Both the position numbers and the translations under genes were made by a program. A stretch of 64,000 nucleotides of DNA, from contig CM076000.1 of assembly GCA_038087875.1 (NCBI GenBank), positions 1,302,001-1,366,000 on the forward strand, given 5' to 3'. Below are positions 27,080-40,463 of the stretch, in pieces. Position 1 is the stretch's first letter. The number at the start of each line of letters is the position of its first letter. Under the pieces are notes generated by a model. It made no database searches, was not told the DNA's origin, and saw only the letters and a list, made by a program, of their open reading frames with translations. The stretch is from Malacoraja senta (lineage: Eukaryota).

Positions 27080-27940
27080 CAGTGCCCTCCATAATGCTTG
27101 GGACAAAGACCCATCATTTATTTATTTGCCCCTGTACTCCACAATTTGAGATTTGTATTAGAAAAAATCACAAGTGGGTCTTGTTTTTTTTTGTAATGTG
27201 TTAAAAAACTGTAGTAATGATATTTCGTTTAAGCCTAGGCTTGAATGACAATAAATAGCATTCAAGTTCACATTGTCAGATTTTAATAAAGACCATTTCT
27301 ATACATTTTGGTTTCACCATGTTGAAATTACCGCCGTGTTTATACATAGTTCCCCCCCATTTCAGGGCACCATAATGTTTGGGACACATTAATGTCATGT
27401 GAATGAAAGTGGTCATGTTTAGTATTTTGTTGCATATCCTTTGCATGCAATGACTACTTGAATTCATGGACATCATGGTCTTCTCTGATGCTCTGCCAGG
27501 CCTGTATTGCAGCCATCTTTAGTTTATGCTTGTTTTGGGGGCTAGTCCCCTTCAGTTTTCTCTTCAGCATATAAAAGGCATGCTCAATTGGGTTCAGATC
27601 GGGTGATTAACTTGGCCACTCAAGAATTGACCCATTTTTTAGCTTTGAAAAACTCATTTGTTGCTTGAGCAGTATGTTTGGGATCATTGTCTTGCTGTAG
27701 AATGAACTGCCGGCCAATGAGTTTTGAGGCATTAGTTTGAACTTGAGTTGATAGGATGTGTCTATACACTTCAGAATTCATTATGCTACTACCATCAGCA
27801 GTTGTATCATCAATGAAGATAAGTGAGCCAGTACCTTCAGCAGCCGTACATGCCCAGGCCATAACACCCCCAACACCGTGTTTCACAAATGAGGTGGTAT
27901 GCTTTGGATCTTGGGCAGTTCTTTCTCTCCTCCATACTTT
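27080..27940 (-). mobile_element. Tc1/mariner transposon, 3' part, cut by the gap
   Basis: TA|CAGTGCCCTCCATAAT terminus with an inner direct repeat near 27363 (IR/DR type). Transposase fragment KHGVGGVMAW...FILQQDNDPKH. Confidence 0.92.
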
Positions 27941-28140
27941 NNNNNNNNNNNNNNNNNNNNNNNNNNNNNNNNNNNNNNNNNNNNNNNNNNNNNNNNNNNN
28001 NNNNNNNNNNNNNNNNNNNNNNNNNNNNNNNNNNNNNNNNNNNNNNNNNNNNNNNNNNNNNNNNNNNNNNNNNNNNNNNNNNNNNNNNNNNNNNNNNNNN
28101 NNNNNNNNNNNNNNNNNNNNNNNNNNNNNNNNNNNNNNNN
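27941..28140. other. Assembly gap (200 N)
   Basis: Run of N. The elements on both sides are cut off at it. Confidence 1.
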
Positions 28141-31100
28141 ACGAACTTGGCCCGCGACCAAGGCAGAGGTGGCGCGAATGGACGGGTGCGCTAGGCTGTG
28201 GATAGTGTCGAAAATCCGACGCCTCCAAGCAACCGGGACAATGGGACGGGCTTTGCCCGTGGAGATATCGCAAAGTACTCGCACGCCGGTGGCGCCACAG
28301 GGCACCTTAGCCAGCTTGAGTCCTGATTCAGCATTGCGGTAAACCTCCATACCGGCATCTGCCTGTTGGGCAGCGGCCAGCTCCGCATAATCCACGCCTA
28401 GACTTAACGCTGAAACTTCGGGTGCGGCCGGGCGGGACAGCGCGTCAGCCACAACGTTCAGCTTCCCCGCCACATGCAGAATATCAGATGTGAATTCGGA
28501 AATTAGGCGAGGTGCCTCTGCTGTCTGGCAGACCAGGGTTCGGACACCTTGGTCAAAGCGAACTGAAGTGGCTTGTGGTCAGTGAATGCAGTAAACGCGC
28601 GCCCCTCGAGGAAATAACGGAAATGGCGGATCGCTAGGTAGAGCACGAGGAGCTCCCGGTCGAAAGTGGTATACTTAACTTCGGGGGCTCACAGCTGCCT
28701 GCTGAAAAATGCCATCGGCACCCAGCGGCTACCTACTCGTTGTTCGAGGACGGCGCCTACCGCGACGTCGGAGGCGTGCACGGTGAGGGCCGTGTGGGCT
28801 GATGCCCTAGGGTGTTCCAGCATAGTGGCGTTGGCCAATGCAGTCTTAGCCCCCTCGAATACCTTCTGTGCCTCCTTGGACCAGATCAGGTCCTTAGGCT
28901 TATCGGCCAGACATTGGAACAACGGCCGCATGATGGCGGCTGCTGACGGGACGAATCGGTGGTAGAAATTAACCATCCCGATAAACTCCTGCAAACCCTT
29001 GACAGATAGAGGCCTCGGGAAGCGATGGATAGCGTCGACCTTCTCGGGCAGCTGCTGCGCGCCGTGGCAGGTAATGCTGTGACCCAAAAAGGAGATGGAA
29101 CGCAATCCGAACTGGCACTTCGCGGGGTTGATCACCAACCCGTGTTCGCGCAGGCGGAGGTGCCTGACGTGCTCTGCCTGCGAGCTGCTGGCCACCAGAA
29201 TATCATCGAGGTAAATGAATATGAACGGCAACCCCGACCGATCTGATCCATTAGCCTTTCGAACGCCTCAGCAGCGTTCTTCAGGCCAAAAGGCATTCTT
29301 AGCCATTCAAAAAGGCCGAAAGGGGTGATGGTGGCCGTCTTCGGGACATCGTCGGGATGGACCGGAATTTGATTATACCCGCGAATAAGGTCGACCTTCG
29401 AGAAAAAGGTTGCACCTTCCAGATGAGCCGAGAAATCCTGGATGTTCGGGACTGATTCTGCTGTGGTTACCGCGTTTAAACGTCTGTAATCACTGCAAGG
29501 TCTCCAACCCCCGGACGCTTTGGGCACCATGTGTAGCGGGGAAGCCCAAGGGCTATCCGACTGCCGGACAATTCCCATGTCCTCCATAAGCTGGAAGTCG
29601 TCTCGTGCGATGCGCAGTTTATCGGGCGGGAGGCGGTGCGCGCGGGCGTGAACCGGTGGGCTCTCGGTGGGAATGTGGTGGACCAAGCCATGACGGGGCG
29701 CGGCCCCGTCGAACCGGGGCGTGAGCAACCCTGGGAAGTCGGCGAGCAGGGCTGCGAAAGGTTGCTGGATCTCAGCTACCTCGTCGAGTTGCTGTAGGGG
29801 CGTGGACGGAACGCGCGGCTTGGCAGGGCATGGGTCCGACACAGGGACCATGCGTCTGCCTCGCACATCGACCAACAGGGAAAACGCGTGCAAGAAATCG
29901 GCCCCCAGGATCGGTTGGGCGACGTCAGCAACGGTGAACTTCCACCTATACGGGCGGGAGTCAAAATTTAAGTCCAGGGTCCGCGTACCGTAAGTGCGAA
30001 TGACGCTCCCATTAACAGCCGAGAGGATGGGTCCTACCTTACCGACGCGAGTATCTCGGGTGCTTGGAGGCAGGATGCTGGCAATGGCACCGGAGTTGAC
30101 CAGGAAACGGTGGCCGGAATGGCGATCTCGGACGTAGAGGCGTTCGTTTGGGCGGATCGCGTTCGCCTCTATGGACGATTGGCCGAGGCATTTCCCTGGT
30201 TCAAGCAGGGGCTCCGGCATCTTCGGGCTTCAGGTCCGTAGCGTTGATGGTAGTAACACCAGCGACGTCGGCTGTAGACCACTGGAAGCGGCGATGCTTC
30301 TTCGGCGCTGGGCTGGGCTTCTTCCTCCTCCCGATGTCGTCTCGGTTGCACCCGCGCCGTGACAGGGGAGTGGGTGAATGCACAACATCCCGCCATCTGT
30401 GTGCCCACAATTCGTCAGCTCTCTCCGCGAGTTGTTGGAGGGTCGCTGAAATCGGCTCCGGCGAGCATCAGTTGGACTTCGTCAGGCATCTGCTCCAGGA
30501 ACGCCTGTTCGAAGAGCAGTCATGGGCGGTGCCCGTCCACAGGGCTAACATTTTCGCCATGATCGTGGATGGCCGTCGATAGCCGACACTGTCCATGTAA
30601 AGTATTTTCGCCGCTCTGTCTCTGCGACTGAGACCGAAAGTGTGGAGCAGCTGGGCCTTCAGCCGTTCGTATTTGCCGATGGTCGGCGGATCCCTGATGT
30701 AAGGCAACAGCCTCGAGGCACAGTCCTGTGGCAATGCTCCCACCACATGGAAGTACATGGTATCATCTGCTATGATACGATGGAGGTGAAACTGTGCCTC
30801 AACGTGGGCGAACCACACCTGAGATTGATCGGGCCAAAACGATGGTAATTTGAAGCCCGTGCCGGCCGATTCTGCGGGAACGTAGTCCTCCTGCATGATC
30901 TGCTTGTCTAACGACGGCTAGACAGGTCGGGGTCACCAATTTTGGCGGTCGCAAGTACGACCACTGAGTTTTTACAACGAACTTTTATTCAGAAAATTAC
31001 TTCTCAGTTTACAGGTTCTCTTGACACGCCTGGCCACAACGGTGGTCAGCGCTGAACTGCCGCGCGAAAGCAACACCGCGCGAAAATAAGCAGCCCCTCC

Positions 31101-31168
31101 CGGGTCACGTGACCGCGGCTTCCGAACGCCGAATTCGATACCTGCGTGCGCCAGCAGGTGCCGCTACA
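28141..31168 (-). mobile_element. Gypsy (Ty3) LTR retrotransposon, 5' part, degenerate and cut by the gap
   Basis: gag (LPSFWPDQSQVWFAHVEAQF), protease, RT (YLDD), RNase H and integrase N-terminus in Gypsy order. 5' LTR about 30941-31168, starting TGTAGCGG and containing AATAAA. Confidence 0.93.
30926..30938 (-). promoter_or_regulatory. Primer-binding site of the Gypsy element
   Basis: TGGTGACCCCGAC directly after the LTR, complementary to the 3' end of tRNA-Trp as recalled. Confidence 0.8.
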
Positions 31169-33543
31169 ACGTTTTCATTAATTTGGCCCAGTTCCACTTG
31201 CCAGGTTTGATCGCAGCCGACCTGAGATCTGGGATATACTGCAAATAGAAGTAATGGCTGAATCGTTTCCTACATGGTGAAATTAAGCCCATCATAAAAT
31301 GTGATGCAGTGAAGTGCATTATAATGTATAGCATTGATCATGAAGTTTGCAAAATATTCTGCTCTGAGGTGAGAATATCGGCAATGATTCTTACCAATTT
31401 CTACATCCTATCAATTTCGACAGGAGGGTAGGACGCACAAGGGGAGGCGCCACTAATTTGGTTTGGAACTGCTCTACCCAAAATTGAGATAAATTACTGA
31501 GTTGTGTACTGTCCATAATACGTCAGCCAACTACCTCCCCCCCCCCACCCACCCTACCCCCCCCCCCCATCCCCCAAACAACTCCATCTACACTTCACAC
31601 TATTTCGGGAAAGCAGCTACCGGTAACGTAATCAAGGACAACTCACACCCAGTCATTCACTCTTCTCCATTCTCCCTTTGAGCAAAAGATACAAAGACTT
31701 GAAAGCATGTACCATCTGATTCAAGAATAACTTCTTACCCACTGTTGTCAGATTATTGAATGGACCTCTCATAATGTAAGGCTGTATTTCTGATCTACCA
31801 ATCTACCTTGTTGTGCCCCTTGCGCTGTTTTATCTCGTTTTTCTGGAGGTGAAACGCTATATTCTGCATTCTGTTTATTTTCTCTTTACACGACCTGTTG
31901 TATACATGTATGATTTGATTGTACTAATGTATAGTGTGATTTTCCTGGATAATAAAGTGCTAAGTGTATCTCAGAACATATGATAATAAATTAATAAATC
32001 AATAATTGATGGTGAAGTTGATTGCATGGCAGAGGAATTGTGAGCATGTTTCTTTATTCTTGAAAGAAAGAATAAATAACTAAAACTTTATTAATTTGTA
32101 TCTAAAATTGTTATTGAAGACCTCATATAAAGAATACTTATGATATCAACTGCCTTTTTATAGGAGCCAGTGACAGTTTCAGAAAGCTTAGTATGTGACA
32201 GTTTCAGAAAGCATAGTTGCCAGTTGGACCGAAAGCCAAGAAATTAACAAATAACCTGCAAAATACAACAACTCTGCATTATTGGGCCCAGGAATCCAAT
32301 CTAGCCATTATCTGTCGTAAGCATTCACCATGGGAAGACCACTTACTTTTACTTTAACCGCTTTCCATTAACTATGACAATTTGCCTAGCAGTGAGTGCC
32401 TAAATGATAGGGGGGAGAGTGAGAAGAAGGGAGTAAAGATGATCATTCATACAGTCTGAATTTATGTCCCATTCTCGATTGTGTGTTCTAAATCAAAGTT
32501 ATCCTATTTGCCATTCAGTAAGATTTTCTTGCCTACTGTTCTTTACCTACTTTAATTAATCTTTCTCCTCAAACGCATTAAATTTGGCCATTTGTAGTAA
32601 ATAGCTGTGCTTTGATTTTTTTCCGATCAAATCTTCTCATGTTGTGGTCACATCATTTTATTTCAGTTTCCAGCATGTTTTCTATGTCTTGTCATATCAT
32701 CAATGTGAGTTGTGAAATCTTACCAACATGCTTGGACAGAAATTAGTGAAATATTACGATCACCACCCAAGACTCTGAAAGGCTGATCTATTCCATTTTA
32801 TGGCACTGCGAACAATGACTCATTTAAAAATATATATTCACTCATTGGATGTGGATGTCACTGGCAATGCCAGCATTTATTGTTGATCTGTAATTGTTTC
32901 TGTATTCACAGTGCAGTGAAGATGCAAGAGAATGCTAAATCTACGCAGCTGGACAGACAGGTTCTGTGGAGGAAAGGAACAGAATTAGTGTTTCTTCAGA
33001 GCTACATTGTCCAAAATATTTATTTATTCTCCCCATCGCACCATGGCTGCTGCATTGCAGTAATTGGCAGTGGTGCTTTGCAAACAAAACTGACAAAATA
33101 ACAAAGATGGTACACAAATAACAAAAGCATTGTAAACTCTGTATAGGAAGAGTATATATCACCTTATTAATCAGTTATAAGAGGATGGATAGGCTGGGCC
33201 TTTTCTCCTGGAATATAGGCTGAGGTAGATAAGGTGGATGGTCGCAGATTTTTCCTCGGGCAGGAAAGTCTAAAGCTAAAGGGCATATTTACGGTGGGAG
33301 AAAAAATATATAAAAGGGACCTGAGAGGTAACGTTTTCCACATGGAGGGTGCTGGGTATATGGAACGATCTGCTAGAGAAATACTAGGTTTAAATTTATT
33401 ATTATTATTGTCCCAGGTAGTGAAAAGCTTTGTGCTGCATGCTATCCAAACAGATACCATATGTAGATAATCAGTAGAAGAGTAGGGCGATTGTAGGGGC
33501 AGGTAGAACTGCAATGTTTAAAAGACATTTGGATATGTACATG

Positions 33544-33883
33544 CATGGGTGGAAATCCTGGGGGGACGGGGGGACCTGTCCTCCCCATGTTTTGAGAGGT
33601 GAGGGACAATCTCCCCCATGTTTTGTGACCTGGGCGCTACAGCCAGTGCCAGGACGGCTCGCTTGCCCCAGGTCTGGCTGTAGCGCCCGGGTCGCCTGCA
33701 TGCCCCGGGACTGTCTGCAGTTCCCAGGTCGCGAAAACTAATTGGAAAAAAATACGCCTGCGGGCCGGATAATTTCGGGTTATGGGCCGGATCCGGCCCG
33801 TGGGTCGTAGGTTGCCAACCCCTGTCCTAGATGTCGGGCCTCATTGTGTCCCCTCCAGGTTTTAAAAGGGATTTCCGCCCATG
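33544..33883. mobile_element. MITE inserted in a CR1 3' fragment, related to 62106-62826
   Basis: TIRs CATGGGTGGAAATCC / GGATTTCCGCCCATG. Shares the CCCCATGTTTTGAGAGGTG subterminal motif with 62106-62826. No clear TSD. Confidence 0.75.
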
Positions 33884-36800
33884 GAGTGAAATGGGTTGGA
33901 AGGGTATGGCCAAACGCAGGCAAAAAAGACATGTTTGGATAGCCATCTTGGTTGGCATGGATAAGTTGGACCAAAGGGTCTGCTTCTGTGCTGTATGACT
34001 CTATGGAACCCCACATTTGGGTTTACATTCGACCCCATTAGTTGCATGAGTCAAAGGATTGATACAGTCCTGACAGAATGAGAAGCTGAAGGTTTGAATG
34101 AGTGATGAGAAACTTTTCTCATTCCTTCCATTCACCACATAATCTTCCACAATCGACTAAAGCCCTTTACTAAGCAGCATCTGCCATTTCTGACAGGATT
34201 TAGTTTAGTTTCGAGATATAGCATGGAAACAGGCCCTTCGGCCCACCGAGTCTGCACTAACCAGTGATCCCCACACACCTATACTATCCTACACACACTG
34301 GGGACAATTATAATTTTTTCCAAATGTACAAACTCCATACAGACAGCACCCATAGTAAGGATCGAACCCGGGTCTCTGGAGCTGTAAGGCAACAACTCTA
34401 CCACTGCGCCACTGTGCTGCCCAAAGGGGATGATCCTCTCTTTTACAGTTTGTTCATTCTTTTATTATCTTCCCTCCCCCTCATTTCTTCTGGCATTTTA
34501 TATGAAATTACTCGTTTTTTTTCTTTTATTATTTTGAGCAGCACACATTTTGTGATCAAAAGGCTGGACACGACAGTGCTCGATGCTAATCTTATGAAAT
34601 CCTGCTCTCTACACTCTTTGGATTTTTTTTTGGATGTTATTTTAAATGTTTGAAAATGTTCCAACCATTTAAACAAAATTCTGTTCACAGGTGTTCAAAT
34701 ATCCTAATATTTCCTCCAGGTGCTACGGCTTCCTCCCATATCCCAAAGATGTGCAGGTTTGCAAGTTAATTAGCCTCTGTAAAGAAAAAGCCCTGAATAT
34801 GTGTGTAGGGAGCGGATGAGAAAGTGGGATGACAGACAACTAGTGTATCAGGTAATCAATAGTTGCCATGGACTTGGTGGGCTGAAGGGCCCATTTACAT
34901 GCTGTGTCTCTAAACTAAACTAAACATTGCTCTGGTTGCATCCTTCAAAGGCCCGGCTTGTTTTCAACTCCTGGCAATAGATCACTTTCAAAATGCGGCA
35001 GCACACCGGATTAGATCTTGACCATGGGTGCTGTCCTGTCCTGCAGAATGCTACAACAATTTTTATTTATATTTCAGAGTTTTGACACCTGCAATTTTTT
35101 TCTCCAATTGCAAACACCATTGTGATTCCAGAGAAATCATGGAAGAAATATTATTTTCTAGTCCCACTTTCCTACTTCTGGATACTTCCCTTTTAACCTC
35201 TCCCTCTCTGAATAGTGGAGGGTCACATATGAAACTTGGGAAATGATAACCAGAGTGTCCACTAATTCCATTGACACCTCTTTAAGAGCAACGGAATGTA
35301 AATCCTCAGGTCCTTGAGACTTAAATGTTCTCAGGCTCAATAAGTTCTTTCAAAGTATTTATGTAAAAAACAAATTCAATTGTAAATTAATTGACTTTGT
35401 CATTTTATTGGACTCTTGGTTCTCCAGTATTTCTTAGTTTTATGTGAATCTTCCAAGGACACAAATTATTTGTTAAATGCCCTTGCTATTTCTTTATTCC
35501 CTATTTAAAATCCACCCATGTCCAAAAGAGAGAAATTATGAAATTATAGTTAACTAATGATTTACAAATTCACTCAATATCTTTAAAATAAAATCAAGCC
35601 AATCCATACTTGCTGGATTTCTATCTTCAGATTTCTGTCAAAAATACTCTTCTGTGATATTTCGCTGAGTATATGGTTTTTGTTTCCCAGTGAATGCAGT
35701 AAGGTAAGAATCAATATAACAAAGTTTTCATGATAATAGTCAGTGCTTTTATAGAGTGGAAAATATGCATTTTGTTGTATGTTTTGCAACTTCAAGACAT
35801 TCAGTGATGGAGCAAGTTTAATGAATAGCTCCATGTTCCAAAATAACAATTGTGCATTAATTAACTTTCAGCCTGTAAGTAAAAATGATATTCCATTAAT
35901 TCTTTGTCTTCTATACCAGTGAAGAATTTTCTGGTAGTGTCCATTTCTTATTTATTTGAATTTAATATTTTTAGAGGCATTTTTATGCTGCTTTTCACAT
36001 GGAATAATAATTAAGAATAGAATGGAATAAAATAGATAGAGTGATTGCACAGAGACTTTTGCTTAGAGTAGGGGAAAGGTTTAGGGTGAGTGGAAAGATT
36101 TAATACAAACCTGAGGGGTAACTTTTTCACTCAGAGGCCGTTGGGTATATGGAATGAGCTGCCAGATGAAGGAGTCGAGACAGTGTTTATGACAGTATTT
36201 AAAATACACTTAGACAGGTACATGGATAGGTTTAGAGGGATATGGGCCAAGGGCAAATGGGACTAGTTTAGATGGGGCATCTTGCTTGGCATGGATGTTG
36301 GGATGAAAGGCCTGTTTCCATGCTATATAATTCTACAACTAGAATTTGTTCTTCTACCCAAATTTCTGCACTAGGAAGCAATGGCCAATGGGCAAGAGGA
36401 ATATTAAGCTTTACTCAACAGTGAATTCATAACTGATAAGGTTAATCTCTCTCTTTGTTATATACTTGGTTTAAAGCCAAGTGTATAATTAGTTACATGG
36501 TGTCCTCTTAAAGTATTTTGTCCTTGTTTCGTAACGGTACAGTAGTGCAATTCGGCTGAACACCCAGTATCAGAGATGCAGTGTTCTTGATAGAACATGA
36601 ATTTGCAGATCACATTTTAACATGGAAACACTTGTTCCTTCTATGGCCATTAGCGGGTTGGTTTCTATAACAAGACTTTTCTCTGCCTGGGCTTATAATT
36701 GGATCTCCAGCAATGCCATTCAAAGGAACTGTACTAACATACGGATGCATTGGACACCACTATCAATGTTCAGCAACAGAGCTTGCACTCTGGGAGTGTG

Positions 36801-39088
36801 CACTGAAAACTTTAGAGACCATAAACAAAAGCAGATAGCTGTACGTTGGTTCCTTGCAGTTACATCAGTAAAACCAATTCCTCCATCCAGATAGTAGAAG
36901 CATTTACATCATCCCATTCTGTATAGGGAAGCTAGTTTGAGAAATATATACATGAAGAAGCATCATTTAGACTTTTAGAGATGCAACGCGGAAACAGGCC
37001 CTTTGACCTACTGAGTCTGCACCGACCATCGATTAGTTTGTACACCAGCACTATTCTACACACAAGGGACAATTTAGAATTTTACTGAAGCCATTTAACC
37101 TACAAACCTGTATGTCTTTGGAATGTGGGAGGAAACCGGAGCACCTGGACAAAACCCACATGGTCACAGGGAGAATGTACAAACTCCTCATAGTCAGCAC
37201 CCTTAGTCAAGATTGAACCCGGGTCTCTGGCACTGCAAGGCAGCAACTCTACCACTGTGCTGCTCCTAAACAATTATACAAATATTGGTTTCCTATGTTC
37301 CGCGCTAAATACATCTGAAAATATCCTGTTATTTTCGCTATTAAATTGATTCCTAGTTCAATTATTTTCTACAGTGACAAATTGGCAACAACATAAATAC
37401 TTCAGCTTTTTTATAACTACTCAGTTGTGTTAGTGTATAATAGTCTGTATGCAATTTGGTTTTATAAGCAGCACCATCACACTTACACATTTTATATGTA
37501 CTCAAAATTCATTTCTCACTGGGTTGCATCTCAGCAATAATTTTTGGACCTTTCTGGATGATTCAAGTATCTCCAGGGAAAATGCTGTAAAACGGTATAA
37601 CTATAGTATTTCAGTATTAACTATATCAGCACGATATATAATATATAACCATCTGCCCTTTTATCACACCTTTAATTAAATATAAACTTGGAAAGAATTT
37701 CAGAGATATGAGGGAAATTGCCTGGCATTTAAAAACAAACTCGCAGTGGGAGAGACAGTCAAATCAGAGATAAAAGACTGAGCTGTGGATTCATACACAA
37801 AAGAAACTTTGCAACATTTTCACAAAATTCCACTGATGAAAATGTCAATATTAATAATTAACTTGCATGGCTTAGTTAACTATTTGAAGATTACATGGAA
37901 AGGAAATTAGCTTTTTTCTATAATACTTTAACCATTTTTTAGGTTCAGAGAACTATACATTACACATTACACATACCCAAGAAATCAAATTGTGCAAATT
38001 TTCCTTTTCAACTCTTTTTGGAGGAAAACTTGTAAAACACATTAAGATACGCCTGCCAAATGCGAAACATGCAGTTTTATTACAAATGATAATGAATACC
38101 ACAGACAATTCAACATAGCAGTTCTAACTGAAAGAGAAGGGGAATCAAAAGTGTTGTGTACATTAAAAAAATGTTGGATGAAGGCTTCATGCCATGGCTC
38201 AGCAGTAGACTGAAACCACCGGAGGCTACTTCGTCATTGAGATGTCTGCTGGCACAAAAGGTTGTGATTCAACAAATACCAAGTTCATTACAGAACATTC
38301 TGTTGCCTGTACCTGTTCTGCACAGCATGGGTTTTTTCTATATTGGTCAGGCAAAATGATTGCTGGGATCACATGGTCCATTTTATTACAGTATTGTGTC
38401 AAAATTCAAGACTGCACTTGAATCATATCAAATGAATCAAAAATTGCTGCGATCATTTAATGTTCTGCCTGGAAATTTTACATATTTTAAAGCAAGCAGT
38501 ACAGTCAATATATATATATTGATACAAAATAATTCAAACTACCACAATCTGTAATTAAATTCTGAAAGTTGCATGCTGCAGTGGGTTCATCTCAGGGCAG
38601 AAAAGCACACTTGAAATCCTGCAGATTGAATTTTATCAAAATAATAAGCTTTTTCAAAGCTCGATCTTACACTCTATATTAACACAACACAGAATTGAGG
38701 TAAAGTAACACATTTCTTGCAGCACAAGCTCACATACCAATGCGGTTACAAATGGCAGAAGCAAGAAATATTGGCAAGAAGAACAGGCAAAGCTGCCATA
38801 TTACACCAGGTCTTAAGTCCTTCAAATTCCCCAGAACAAACAGCACCATGGTGTCAGCTGCACCATCTGAGCTATACAGTCATTGCACTTTCACGAGGTC
38901 AATTAGGGATGGACAATCATTGCTGGCCTTGATAGCAATAAATATTTTGTTTTAATAAATTGTTCCTTCTCTATTGAACAGGTATGCCCAAAAGGGAATA
39001 AAAAGCTCTTCCAGCCCAAAGATACATAATGGGCATGCACTAATACTGTAAACAATGTTTTATTCTCTTAGATATGCTCTTTTAGAAC

Positions 39089-39239
39089 CTACACAATATT
39101 CATTGGGTTGGCTTTGAAATAATCTTCGACCGAGATTACGGCAACCGCCCCGAACCAGTTCTGGAGCCACACATGTCGAATATTCATTTTCATAAAGAGC
39201 CAATTGTGTTCTGGAGGCCACTTCTTCATCACTGGATGC
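39089..39239 (-). CDS. CREG2: CREG2 exon 4 (terminal)
   Basis: ggcag|G CAT CCA... to TAG. Translates HPVMKKWPPEHNWLFMKMNIRHVWLQNWFGAVAVISVEDYFKANPMNIV*. AATAAA at 39059-39064. Confidence 0.95.
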
Positions 39240-40463
39240 CTGCCGGCACAAACAGATAAATGTTTCAACAGATACCAAGTTCATTACAGAACATTCTCTT
39301 GTCTGTACCTGCTCTGCAACAATTGTACTTTTATGAATAGTTCCATGTGCAAAAAACATTTTTCATTTGTCTTGGCAGTTCTGCCAAGTGAATCCTCCTC
39401 AGAGGATGCATTGTTAATTTAGTTCACTATACATTCATGTTATTAATTGCAGTTATACTCCTAATCTGGCAGCAAAACGGCCCATCGCCTGTAAAAACAA
39501 ATTAAATAGAGAATAATGTGCATGAACTGCAGATGCTGGTTTATATCGAAGATAGACGCAAAACGCTGGAGTAACTCTGCAGGTCGCAGCTTCTCTGAAG
39601 CAAAGGAATAGGGGACCTTTTGGGTCAGAAGAAGGGCTCCGACATGAATGGTCACCTATTCCTTTCCCCCAGAGATGCAGCCTGATCCGCCGAGTTACTC
39701 CAGCATTTTGTCTATCTTCCATGAAAATACATATAGATTTTTTTTATTTCTGGATTACTTACTTATATTTCCACACAAATCTCAGATTTGTAATTGGAAA
39801 CAGCTGTAGGGTGGAGGAAGCCAAGTCAGAAAGGGGATGAAACACGGATAAGGATCAGGATCCTGAGGATTTAGGAAGTGCATACCAATCATCTATCACC
39901 CATTCACGCTTATTCCACTTTTGCCTCCACTCCCTGCACACTGGGGGCAATTTACAGAAGCTAATTGACCTACAAACCCGCACGTCTTTGGGATGTGGGT
40001 GGAAACTGGAGCACCTGGAGGAAACCCACACAGTCACAGAGAGAATATGCTGGCAGTGGCACTGTGAGACCGCAGCTCCACCTGCAGTGCCACTGTGCCA
40101 CCCAACGACTTTCTTGTATATTTTGTTTATATTGAAAAGTGCGATTGGAAAATATTATTCTCATCAGTTGTGAATGGCCTATTCATTTAGCTGTCTATAC
40201 CATTGAGAGCGAGGCAAGGAGATGACTCTGCACTGTTAAGAGGCCAATGCAACACGCTTTCACAGGGCTCCTAGGAAAACCAAATTTAAAAACTCTCAAC
40301 TAAAAGATGAGACAAGGGTATAATTGTGAATAAGATCAGCTGTTAATATTCAACAAAGTCCTGCTCGACAATCAAAATTGGTTTACCTGTCCAAAGAAAG
40401 TCAAGACATTTATTTCTAAATAAATAAAAATAAACTCAGCTGGTATGAAATGTTAATGCATTA

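Noticed and set aside
27620..28473. ORFs appearing to fuse Gypsy integrase with Tc1 transposase
   Set aside because: Artefact of translating through the N gap.
32170..32212. Short direct repeat GTGACAGTTTCAGAAAGC x2 (similar case at about 24607-24641)
   Set aside because: Only two units; an ordinary local tandem duplication, not a CRISPR-like array.
32347..32399. Minus-strand AG...GTAAGT mini-exon as RNF149 exon 3
   Set aside because: Stops in all three frames and no similarity to the expected pre-RING peptide.
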